Positions 17,669-25,431 of a DNA stretch of 45,115 bases are shown here, piece after piece. Numbering within the stretch: the first letter of the stretch is position 1; every line of letters begins with the position of its first letter. The notes beneath the pieces are model-generated. The model saw only the letters and a program-made list of their open reading frames with translations. It was not told where the DNA came from and did no database searches. Source of the DNA: Candidatus Fervidifonticultor quintus (GTDB lineage: Bacteria; Sysuimicrobiota; Sysuimicrobiia; Sysuimicrobiales; Humicultoraceae); contig JAVKIJ010000016.1 in the NCBI GenBank assembly GCA_031459535.1, positions 1 to 45,115 on the forward strand, written 5' to 3'. The position numbers were made by a program, and so were the translations under genes.

Positions 17669-18151
17669 ATGGCAATCCAGCCGAAACTAATCTGTCCACA
17701 CTGCGGAGCGTCGAATAGAGAAGGCGCAAGGTTCTGCTTAGGCTGCGGCGGGAGTCTGGCCGGCCGAACATGTCCCCACTGTGGCCAAAGGGTCACCCGG
17801 GGGAGCGCGATGTTCTGCGAGAACTGCGGGCAATCCCTGGGCATTCCAGCAGCCGATCCACGGCCTCCTGTGCACCCCGGCCCGGCTCCTCCAAGCGGCG
17901 TTGGGCCGCCCTCCAGCCCCGGTGAGCCATCATCCGGACCGATGGGACCTCCGATCTCGACCGCACCGCCCCAGGCCCTTCCTCCCGCAGCCACACCTCC
18001 ACCAACCATCGTACCTCCCGTAACGGCACACATGGCACGCCCCGCACCGCCGGAGCCGGTGCAGGCTCCACGGGCCCAGGCATGCCCGGCGTGTGGTAGG
18101 TCGGTGAGGCCGGGCGCACGCTTCTGCCCGGCCTGCGGGAGTATTTCATAG
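17669..18151 (+). CDS. Multi zinc-ribbon (DZR) protein with Pro-rich linker
   Basis: Six CxxCG motifs: CPHCG, CLGCG, CPHCG, CENCG, then after a Pro-rich linker CPACG, CPACG. Confidence 0.8.
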   Translation: MAIQPKLICPHCGASNREGARFCLGCGGSLAGRTCPHCGQRVTRGSAMFCENCGQSLGIPAADPRPPVHPGPAPPSGVGPPSSPGEPSSGPMGPPISTAPPQALPPAATPPPTIVPPVTAHMARPAPPEPVQAPRAQACPACGRSVRPGARFCPACGSIS

Positions 18152-18856
18152 AACCGCTTCCACTAGCGGCGGGCCGGGCCGCCAGGCTCCTTGCATCACG
18201 ACGCCACCGAACGTGCTGCTCATGCTGTAGATGATCGGCCCGGACATCCCTACGCTCAACAGTTCAGGATCAGAAGGGAAGTACATCACCGCAAAGAGCA
18301 CGACGATTTCCCTCAGTCGCTTCTTCTCCGACAGCTGGAGCAGGGCCGGTTGAAGCAGGACGATTGGCGCTGCGCTTGCATCGGGGTACTCTACCTTCAC
18401 GAATGCCGTGTGATAGGGGATGCCCGTAACTATCCGTCCTAAGGTGTCCTTGAGGTCCAGGTTGACTTTGCTCGGGCCACGCAGCTCCAAGATGGCTGCC
18501 CGGGTTTTTGGTTGGAAGAGGAACAGCGAAGAGTCGACCGGACCAAGTATTGATGACTCAAGAGCTAGTGCGTCTCGCCGCTGCAGGAAATCTCTCCTGA
18601 CCTCGTCTTGCAGCTTCCCGATTTGCTGCGACCACAGGGCCTGTGGGTACTGCCGTTTGACTTGGGCCTCCCCAGCCCGGTACAGAAAGTTGAAAGTGAA
18701 AAACGGTCCCAGATCCCCGGAAGTGAGCCCCCGCACATAGCGGGATGCGATCTCCTGCGCAGACGGCGGCCCTGCTGCCAGAGCTGGCACGCCCTCCAGG
18801 GCCAGAATGACGATAAGCAATGAGACGATAATTCGCTCCCTGTATAGGACTTTCAC
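18146..18856 (-). CDS. Hypothetical exported protein
   Basis: 236-aa ORF, hydrophobic N-terminus ending ALA-A, GAGGAGGGG upstream, visibly more AT-rich than its neighbours; no family recognised. Confidence 0.55.
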   Translation of the reverse strand: MKVLYRERIIVSLLIVILALEGVPALAAGPPSAQEIASRYVRGLTSGDLGPFFTFNFLYRAGEAQVKRQYPQALWSQQIGKLQDEVRRDFLQRRDALALESSILGPVDSSLFLFQPKTRAAILELRGPSKVNLDLKDTLGRIVTGIPYHTAFVKVEYPDASAAPIVLLQPALLQLSEKKRLREIVVLFAVMYFPSDPELLSVGMSGPIIYSMSSTFGGVVMQGAWRPGPPLVEAVL

Positions 18857-18895
18857 AGCACACCGCCCCCCTCCTCAGCAGCGTTCGCAAACCGC

Positions 18896-19234
18896 GGTGT
18901 CCCAGGGCCAGTTGAAATTGCACTCGCAGCCCCGACCATCACTACGCCACCTGTCCGCCAGGGTGAGGGTTTCCTCGATCCCTTCGGCCAGGCTGCGAAC
19001 CGCGTCCCGGTTCGGCCGCCGCAACTCCCCGTGGAGCCGGTCCAGCATCGACCGCGCGGCCGCATACGTCGGCTGCCGATAGGCGTGCTGTAACTTGGCC
19101 CGCCAGGCGGCCTGAAGATGCTTGGGGAGGTAGGCGACCACATTCTCCCGCTTGTGCCAGATACACCGTTGGATCTGCGCCTGCGCTCCGAAGACCTCGC
19201 GGACTGTCCGCCGCAATCCCTTGCCGCCATCGAG
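18896..19234 (-). mobile_element. IS256-family (Mutator) transposase remnant
   Basis: LDGGKGLRRTVREVFG...IQRCIWHKRENVVAYLP...AVRSLAEGIEETLTL is the DG..GL / QRC.xH catalytic region. It is followed by AATTTCAACTGGCCCTGGGACACC, resembling an IS256-type end. Confidence 0.75.
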
Positions 19235-19538
19235 GAGCACTACGTCCTCTGTGTCGCAGACCGAAAGACTTTCACACTCCTCCCGGGGCACGAACTCCTT
19301 AGCAATCCCTGTTCGGAAGTATTCCGCGGTTAGGTAGGGAAGTGCTCGATCAGCGGGTTCCCTTGCCGTCAGGCGTGGCTTTCTGCCCTTCCTAATAATC
19401 GGCGAGATGAGAAAGCGGGCGAACCTCCCACTCATCCGGCAGCGGGCCGAGTTCGGTTATCTTGAAGCCCTCGGGGAGGTCAACGGCAATCTCCGCGGCT
19501 GCTCGGACTGTAGTTACATGACCCGTTCCTGGTCCCAT
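19235..19538 (-). pseudogene. hsdS: Truncated, frameshifted type I RM specificity subunit
   Basis: LPEGFKITELGPLPDEWEVRPLSHLADY then TAG at 19394-19392. A one-base shift continues RKGRKP...LPYLTAEYFRTG...DVVL, which is then fused to the IS256 fragment. Confidence 0.8.
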
Positions 19539-19585
19539 TTGCGCCTTTCTTGCGCCTTCACTGCGCCATTTGCGCCTTTCTTGCG
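19535..19585. repeat. 20-bp direct repeat x2
   Basis: ccatttgcgcctttcttgcg at 19535-19554 and 19566-19585. Confidence 0.9.
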
Positions 19586-20916
19586 GCATACCGCGTACCC
19601 CGTCCCGTCGAGCCAATCCTCTCCAGGACCCCCTTCTCGACCAAGTCGCCAAGCTCTGCGGTGGCCGTCCGCTCCTTAGCCCCAGTGAGCTCCCGATATT
19701 CCTTGTTGTTGATGCCCCCGCGCGCCTTCACGTACAGCACAGCCTGGACCTGCCGGTCATTCAGTCCCATCGCTCGGAGCCGCTCCGGAGTGAACGGGTC
19801 CTTCAGGAACACCACCCGGAACCCTCCGGCCTCCTCAGCGAACTCGGGTTCGGGCAGGCCCCGGTTCCTGCACCACTCCAGGATGCGGGTCGTCCCGGTA
19901 CCCCACTGCTCGATCAGACCGGCGAAGTAGAAGGCTCTGGCGAGCATGGGGTTGCGCGGGATCGACGGGTGGTTCGGGGCGCGGAGCTGATCCAGGCGGA
20001 TGCCTTCGGGGAGCCGACCGGGATTCCAAATCTGGAGCCGGTCGTCCTGCAGCCGGATCTGAATGTCGCCCGGGGCCGCGTAGTCCCGATGAATGAGCGC
20101 ATTGATGACGCCCTCCCGCAGGGCCTCCAGGGGGTACTCCCAGATCTCCTTGCGCTGCAGCCCTTCTACGGTGGGTTCGGTCACGCTGACGTCGAACCGC
20201 ACCTGAAGCAGCCTGCGGAATCGCTCCATCACACCGTCGAGCTGCTGCCACAACGCGCCCCTAAAGTCGTGACTGTCAACGATCCCGGTCCCTTTGAACA
20301 CGCCTATGCGCGCCTGGGCGTGGGGTAACAGCTCCTGAGGGCTGTCCGCGAAAAGCAGCACACCGGCGTTGGTGAGCCGCCCGTCCCGGATCAGGCCGAG
20401 GTTTCGAAGCGTGCGATTGGGATCTGCGGGGTCGATCTCCGGCAGCCGTGATCTCGCCAGTTCCGCGAATCGAGCCAGCACAGCCCCATCGATCCGGTCG
20501 AGCCCCCAGGGGCTGGCGACACCGTCCCAGCTCTGCCCCGACCGTTCCATCATCAGGCGAGCCAGTTCATCCTGGGAAAGGTCGCGGTTGGTGCTACCCA
20601 CACGGGTCAGGTAGCGCCCGCCGTACCCCACGATGCCGCGGGCTCGCTCGACGTGGATCTTGATGATCTCCCGGTCTTCCACGGTCTGGCGTGCAATCGA
20701 CGGCGTCAACCCCAGCCGCGACACGACGACGTTGGCGATTCGCTCAATCTCGGCGTCGTGCGCCGCTGTGCCGATGACTTCCCCGTCCTTCCGCACCCCG
20801 ATCAGCACTGTGCCGCCTCCGGTGTTGGCGAAGGCTGCCAGATCTTCCAGCGCACGGTCGGTCCACTGCTGCTTGAACTCAACCTCTTCGCCTTCCTGGA
20901 GGTCAATCTTTGGCAC
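19558..20916 (-). CDS. AlbA_2 (Schlafen-like) + HATPase_c_4 + winged-HTH protein
   Basis: EGEEVEFKQ, LAAFANTGGG, YPLEALREGVINALIHRDY, IWNPGRL, RNPMLA, IEQWGTG, C-terminal INNKEYREL wHTH. GTG 20916 with GGAGG RBS. Confidence 0.85.
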   Translation of the reverse strand: MPKIDLQEGEEVEFKQQWTDRALEDLAAFANTGGGTVLIGVRKDGEVIGTAAHDAEIERIANVVVSRLGLTPSIARQTVEDREIIKIHVERARGIVGYGGRYLTRVGSTNRDLSQDELARLMMERSGQSWDGVASPWGLDRIDGAVLARFAELARSRLPEIDPADPNRTLRNLGLIRDGRLTNAGVLLFADSPQELLPHAQARIGVFKGTGIVDSHDFRGALWQQLDGVMERFRRLLQVRFDVSVTEPTVEGLQRKEIWEYPLEALREGVINALIHRDYAAPGDIQIRLQDDRLQIWNPGRLPEGIRLDQLRAPNHPSIPRNPMLARAFYFAGLIEQWGTGTTRILEWCRNRGLPEPEFAEEAGGFRVVFLKDPFTPERLRAMGLNDRQVQAVLYVKARGGINNKEYRELTGAKERTATAELGDLVEKGVLERIGSTGRGTRYAARKAQMAQ

Positions 20917-22474
20917 TGAACCCTCCGAGGCCAAGCGTCTCCAGGACCCGCGCCAGCTCGCGGTCGGCCTGAGCCCGCTCCTCTTCCGCCTCCCGAAGCA
21001 GCACGACCGCCTCCTCCAGCGGCAGGACCTCCTCTTTCTCGCCGCTGGCGACGTACCGGCTCGGCGAAAGGTTGTAGTCATTGCGGGCGGCCTCGTCCTT
21101 GGTGATCAGGGCTGCCAGCCCTTCCTGGGGCTCCCAGGCTTGGTAGATCTCGGCGATCCGGGTAATGTGCTCCTCGGCGAGAAAGTTCTTTGGGCGTCCC
21201 TTGCTAAAGAGTTTGCTCGCGTTGATCAGCAGGATCTGGCCAGGATGCCGCTTGGCCTTGTTGATGATCATGATGATGCCGGGTGCGGTCGTGTTATAGA
21301 AGAGGTTCTCTGGCAGCAGGACCACGGCCTCGACCATATCGGCTTCAACGAAGCCACGGCGAATGTCCCGCTCACGGTTGTTGCCCTGGTTGCCGCTGCC
21401 GCGGCTGACCGCCCCGGTATCAATCACAACGGCCATCCTTCCCCCGTCGCGGAGCGAGGCCAGCATGTGCTGAATCCAGCCCCAGTCGGCGCTGGAGGAG
21501 GGCGGGGTGCCCGAGCGGAAGCGGTCATAGAGGTCGTTCTCGTACACGCTTGGCGGGAAGGGCTGGTTCCACATGGGATTGGCGGCAACGATGTCGAACC
21601 GCCGCAGCCGCCCGTCAGCGTCAGTCAGGGCCGGCCTCCGCATGGTATCCCCGAGGCGAATGTCGGCCTCCATTTCATGGATAAACGCGTTCATTCGGGC
21701 GATGGCGAATGTCGCGGGGTTGATCTCCTGCCCAAAGAGTCTGAGCGGCGCAGCCCGCTCCGGGAGCCGCAGCCGTCCGTTCCGGCGTTCTCCGTGGGTC
21801 TCCAGGAGCCGCAGGTGGCACTTGATAAGCAAACCCCCGGAGCCGCAGCAGGGATCGTAGACTTCCATTCCCGGTTGAGGTTCGAGGATGCGCGCCATCA
21901 GGATCGCTACCTCGCGCGGAGTATAGAACTCACCAGCGCTCTGCCCCTGGCCCTCGGCGAACTTCCTGAGAAGGTACTCGTAGGCGCGGCCGAAGATGTC
22001 GGGTTCGACGTCGTCCAGCCCCAGGCGGTACTTGCTCAGCACCTGGACCAGGGCCGAAAGCGGCTCTTCGTCGAGGATGCGCTGACCTGCCGCGGTGGCG
22101 TTGAAGTCGATCACGTCGATGACGCCCTGGAGGCGGGGATTCTCGCGGGCAACGCTACGGACGGCATCGGTGAGGTACTGGCCGAGGCCGGTGGTAACCT
22201 TCGAGATCGCCGGCCATCGAGCTCCGGGCGGGATGTAGAATCGGACGAGCTTGTGATCGTCCTCGACAAGCCTGGCTGCCTTCTCCTTGCTCCCGAAGTC
22301 GTGGCCGAGGTGCTCTACTTCGTCATCGAAGACATCTGATAGTCGCTTCAGGAAGATCAGCGGGAGGATGTAGTCCTTGAACTTGGGGGCATCGACCGGC
22401 CCGCGGATGACGCAGGCGGCCTCCCAAAGCCATGACTCAAGGGTCGAGACGTCGAGCCCGCTGTTCCCAGGCAT
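20903..22474 (-). CDS. hsdM: Type I restriction-modification N6-adenine methyltransferase subunit
   Basis: LWEAACVIRG, YILPLIFLKRLSD, AYEYLLRKFAEG, GEFYTP, motif I YDPCCGSGG, motif IV ANPMWN, LPENLFYNT, YNLSPSRYV. Confidence 0.95.
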   Translation of the reverse strand: MPGNSGLDVSTLESWLWEAACVIRGPVDAPKFKDYILPLIFLKRLSDVFDDEVEHLGHDFGSKEKAARLVEDDHKLVRFYIPPGARWPAISKVTTGLGQYLTDAVRSVARENPRLQGVIDVIDFNATAAGQRILDEEPLSALVQVLSKYRLGLDDVEPDIFGRAYEYLLRKFAEGQGQSAGEFYTPREVAILMARILEPQPGMEVYDPCCGSGGLLIKCHLRLLETHGERRNGRLRLPERAAPLRLFGQEINPATFAIARMNAFIHEMEADIRLGDTMRRPALTDADGRLRRFDIVAANPMWNQPFPPSVYENDLYDRFRSGTPPSSSADWGWIQHMLASLRDGGRMAVVIDTGAVSRGSGNQGNNRERDIRRGFVEADMVEAVVLLPENLFYNTTAPGIIMIINKAKRHPGQILLINASKLFSKGRPKNFLAEEHITRIAEIYQAWEPQEGLAALITKDEAARNDYNLSPSRYVASGEKEEVLPLEEAVVLLREAEEERAQADRELARVLETLGLGGFSAKD

Positions 22475-22730
22475 CTGTCAACCTCGCCCGAATTGGTTCA
22501 GGACCCGCAAACTTCAGCCTCAGGAGTAAGATTCGAAGGTCGTCAGGAAGCACCTCTTCAACACGAGGTGGCGAACCGTCACGACAAAGGGCCTGCTCCG
22601 GAACTGCACGCATACTCCCGTCCTGCGACTGTGAGGACTATGCCCCGCAGGTTTTCAGCGGGCTCGCCCTTCTGAATTGCGCGCTCACGTCCCGAGACCC
22701 CACGCTCCTCGCGCCGGCCCAGGAGGGCCC

Positions 22731-23651
22731 TCACTCCAACCGCAGCCGTTCAATCGCCCCGGCCTTCTTGTGCGCCCGCCGCAGGTCCGCCCCGACCAGG
22801 CTGCTGTACCGCAGCGTGGTGTTGAGGCTCTCGTGCCCGAGCAGCTGGCGTACCTCGTCCAACCCCGCGCCATTCCGAAGCCAGGCCGTCGCCGCGAAGT
22901 GTCGGAGCGCGTGGGGGTGCAGCCGTCGGTGCGGTGGCAGGCCGGCCTTGGCCGAAAGCCGATGGAGCAAGGTCACCAGGTGCCGGCGCTTGAGCGGCCG
23001 GCCCCGGCGGTCGGTGAACAGAAACGACTCCGGGGACGGGGTCGGGTGACGCGCCAGCCACGCCTTCAGGGCCCGTGTCGTGGTCGGCCCGATGAAGGCC
23101 ACCCGGTCCTTGCGGCCTTTGCCGGCCCGCACGAACAGGCCACGGTCGGCGGACCTCCAGTCCTCGACCAGCAGGTGTAGCACCTCGCTGGCGCGCAGGC
23201 CGGCATCCGCCAGCGCAAGGATGAGCGCCCGGTTCCTGGTGCCCTCCAGGGTGTTGGGACATGCCGCAAGCACAGCGCGCAGTTCGTCCTCGGAGGGCAC
23301 GTCGGGCAGCGTCTTGGGCGTGCGCATGGCGAACCCGCGCAGAGGGCTCTCCGCGAGCGCGCCGACCTCGACGCACCACCGGAAGAACGTCTTGAGGGTC
23401 CGGTACGCCTGGTGCTGGAGGCTGGCGCTGCGCTGCTGCAGTCCGGCGAGGAACCGGCGCACACTGAGCGCCGTCACCTCGGGCACCTCGGCGGTCAGCC
23501 GGCGCAGCCACCAGTCATAGACCTGGAGCGTGGCCTGGGTGCAGCCGGCCACGCGCTTGGTCAGCAGGAACGCCTCGACAGCATCAGCGAGGGGGTGAGC
23601 CCCTGCTTTCTCGGCGGGTTTGGCGAGGGGTCCAACGGCTGAAACCCGCAT
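22731..23651 (-). CDS. Tyrosine recombinase/integrase (XerC/D-like)
   Basis: Complete catalytic set: GLRASE (R), GKGRKDR (K), HALRH (HxxR), LGHES (H), TTLRY (Y). Abuts the tRNA 3' end. Confidence 0.92.
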   Translation of the reverse strand: MRVSAVGPLAKPAEKAGAHPLADAVEAFLLTKRVAGCTQATLQVYDWWLRRLTAEVPEVTALSVRRFLAGLQQRSASLQHQAYRTLKTFFRWCVEVGALAESPLRGFAMRTPKTLPDVPSEDELRAVLAACPNTLEGTRNRALILALADAGLRASEVLHLLVEDWRSADRGLFVRAGKGRKDRVAFIGPTTTRALKAWLARHPTPSPESFLFTDRRGRPLKRRHLVTLLHRLSAKAGLPPHRRLHPHALRHFAATAWLRNGAGLDEVRQLLGHESLNTTLRYSSLVGADLRRAHKKAGAIERLRLE

Positions 23652-23662
23652 CCCGACTGGAT

Positions 23663-23737
23663 TGGTGGAGACGAGGGGATTCGAACCCCCGACCCCCTGC
23701 GTGCAAAGCAGGTGCTCTCCCGCTGAGCTACGTCCCC
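23663..23737 (-). tRNA. tRNA-Ala(UGC)
   Basis: GGGGACGTAGCTCAGCGGGAGAGCACCTGCTTTGCACGCAGGGGGTCGGGGGTTCGAATCCCCTCGTCTCCACCA: cloverleaf, TGC anticodon, G3-U70 pair, encoded CCA. Confidence 0.97.
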
Positions 23738-23747
23738 ACGTCCGCCG

Positions 23748-24308
23748 CTACGGGACCAACCTGGACGCGGCGTCTTTGACCACGCAGTCCATCGCCGCCC
23801 GCAGCGACCCCTCGAGCTGGCAGGAGAACTGCTCCTCGAGGGGTTTCAGGCGGGTCCTAATGTTCAGGATCCGGATGTCCACATCCACCCGGCTGCCGGC
23901 CCCGCCGTCGGCGATGCGGTTGGTGTCCTCGCGCGGCCCGGGTTTCTCGCGGAGCGCGTAGGTGATCCGGCCGGTCAGCACCGCGTCGGCGTTGACCATG
24001 GCCCCCAGTTCCACGGTGCGCGACGGGCTGATCAGGTCGCGGGCGGTGACCCCCAGCCGCGTCATGGCCTCGGCGACCACAGCAGGCGGCACCACCCGGT
24101 ACGGGCCCGTCTGAAGGAGCTCGGTGAGCCTGGCCGGTCCGTACTGGACCAGGTCCGGGGCGTACCACTCGTCGTAGAACGGCGCCACGGCCAGCACCCG
24201 CACCCCAGGCAGATCTACACGCCGGGGGGCCGCCGATGACGGGACGGGCTGCCCTCCGCCAACCCAGAGGACCATCAGGGCGATCAACACCGCACGGCAG
24301 CGTACCAT
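23748..24308 (-). CDS. Exported CsgG/LpoB-like fold protein
   Basis: Signal peptide; VLAVAPF, ELGAMVNADAVLTGRI, VDVDIRILNIRT pattern; AGGAGG RBS before ATG 24308. Confidence 0.6.
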   Translation of the reverse strand: MVRCRAVLIALMVLWVGGGQPVPSSAAPRRVDLPGVRVLAVAPFYDEWYAPDLVQYGPARLTELLQTGPYRVVPPAVVAEAMTRLGVTARDLISPSRTVELGAMVNADAVLTGRITYALREKPGPREDTNRIADGGAGSRVDVDIRILNIRTRLKPLEEQFSCQLEGSLRAAMDCVVKDAASRLVP

Positions 24309-24497
24309 GCCCGACCTCCTGGAGCGCTCGACGCCTCCGCGACTTCGCTTGCCGCTCTCATCATACAACAACCCCGCACCGGCGCGCCGCATTCCGCCGT
24401 CGGATCGGCAGGGGATGGGCTCCCCGGCGGCGAATGATCGAGGCAAAGATGGCGGCTGCGCGCGGTCGGAGGACAACACGGGAGACCTCCCCGCGGC

Positions 24498-24640
24498 GCG
24501 TTCGTGTTTTTCGAAAGGAGGTGACGGGGGGCTCCCCGGCTGGAGCCGACGGGGAACGTGAGGGCGGGCTCAGGCCCGCTGAGGCACGGGGCCCCAGCGA
24601 CCGGTTGGGGCTCGACGAACGCAGCGTAAGGGAGGCTTCT
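24498..24640 (+). promoter_or_regulatory. Structured 5' leader with an orphan perfect Shine-Dalgarno
   Basis: Closing stem 24498-24505/24615-24622, three inner hairpins, and GAAAGGAGGTGA at 24513-24524 with no properly spaced start codon. Confidence 0.45.
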
Positions 24641-25357
24641 ATGCGGAGGACGAAGTTCATCGTGGTTCCTGTGCTGGCGCTCCTGGTGTGTGCGATGGTC
24701 GCTTTACCCGCCGCCGCGCAGAATATGTACGTGGCCCTCCGGTACTGGTCCACGCAGACGAGTGTGTCGCTGAGTGGAGCGCCGGCGTTTCGGGCCTACG
24801 ACAACTACATGGTCAACCTGAGCGTCCGGCGCAACTTTGGTTCGGACTGGGCCCTCTCGTTCAACCTGGATACCGGCGGGCAGAGGAACTGGGCCGGCAC
24901 TTGGGTCAGTGCGACGGCGGGCAGCAACACCTACTGGAACATCAACTTCCATCGGAACTTCGCGGCGGAGAACGCCAATTTCAGCCTCTTCCTCGGCTAC
25001 GGTAGCGCGTCGAGTCGGTCGACGTTCTTGGGAGTTGACCAGACTCAGAGGGTCGCAGGACTGCGGGCTGGCGGAGACTTGGTGTGGCGCCGCAACAACT
25101 GGAGCCTGATGGCCTGGGGCGCCGTCGGCATCAGCCCTCAGGGGACTTCGGAGTGGCCTGGGTTCGGCACGTCCGCCCAGGGGACAGGCAGCCTCAGCGA
25201 GTACGGGGCGCTGCTCGGCTACACCTTCGCGAGCGGCTGGTCGGTTGAAGGCGGGTGGCGTCAGGTGAAGTTCGGCGTGCCCGCAGGTGGGAGCTTCCTG
25301 GCCGCCGACTTCACGACCAACGGCTGGACGATCGGCCTGAGCCGCACGTTCCCGTAG
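24641..25357 (+). CDS. Putative outer-membrane beta-barrel protein
   Basis: Signal peptide ending AAA-Q; alternating amphipathic strands rich in G/S/N/W/F/Y; C-terminus WTIGLSRTFP; GGGAGG RBS. Confidence 0.7.
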   Translation: MRRTKFIVVPVLALLVCAMVALPAAAQNMYVALRYWSTQTSVSLSGAPAFRAYDNYMVNLSVRRNFGSDWALSFNLDTGGQRNWAGTWVSATAGSNTYWNINFHRNFAAENANFSLFLGYGSASSRSTFLGVDQTQRVAGLRAGGDLVWRRNNWSLMAWGAVGISPQGTSEWPGFGTSAQGTGSLSEYGALLGYTFASGWSVEGGWRQVKFGVPAGGSFLAADFTTNGWTIGLSRTFP

Positions 25358-25377
25358 GTCAGTTATCTTCGAGGCTG

Positions 25378-25409
25378 GAAGGGCGGACCCGAGGGCGGGT
25401 CCGCCCTTC
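25378..25409. terminator. Intrinsic terminator hairpin between convergent genes
   Basis: Perfect 13-bp stem gaagggcggaccc/gggtccgcccttc with a 6-nt loop. Confidence 0.75.
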
Positions 25410-25431
25410 GTGTTGCGTGCCGGCGTGCTGC

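Larger units (their letters stand above)
18146..23662 (-). mobile_element. Decayed genomic island at tRNA-Ala (integrase + type I RM remnants)
   Basis: Integrase next to the tRNA 3' end, RM genes, a pseudogene and an IS remnant. No duplicated att site seen, so the left border is uncertain. Confidence 0.65.

Noticed and set aside
18100-19000. Second att site (copy of the tRNA-Ala 3' end) at the far island border
   Set aside because: No correctly oriented match found by eye; it may have been deleted.
18875-19435. 186-aa ORF as a real gene
   Set aside because: Chimera of the frameshifted hsdS remnant and an IS256 fragment.
22437-22612. Possible ~58-aa minus-strand ORF between integrase and hsdM
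   Set aside because: Overlaps the hsdM start and has no recognisable motif.
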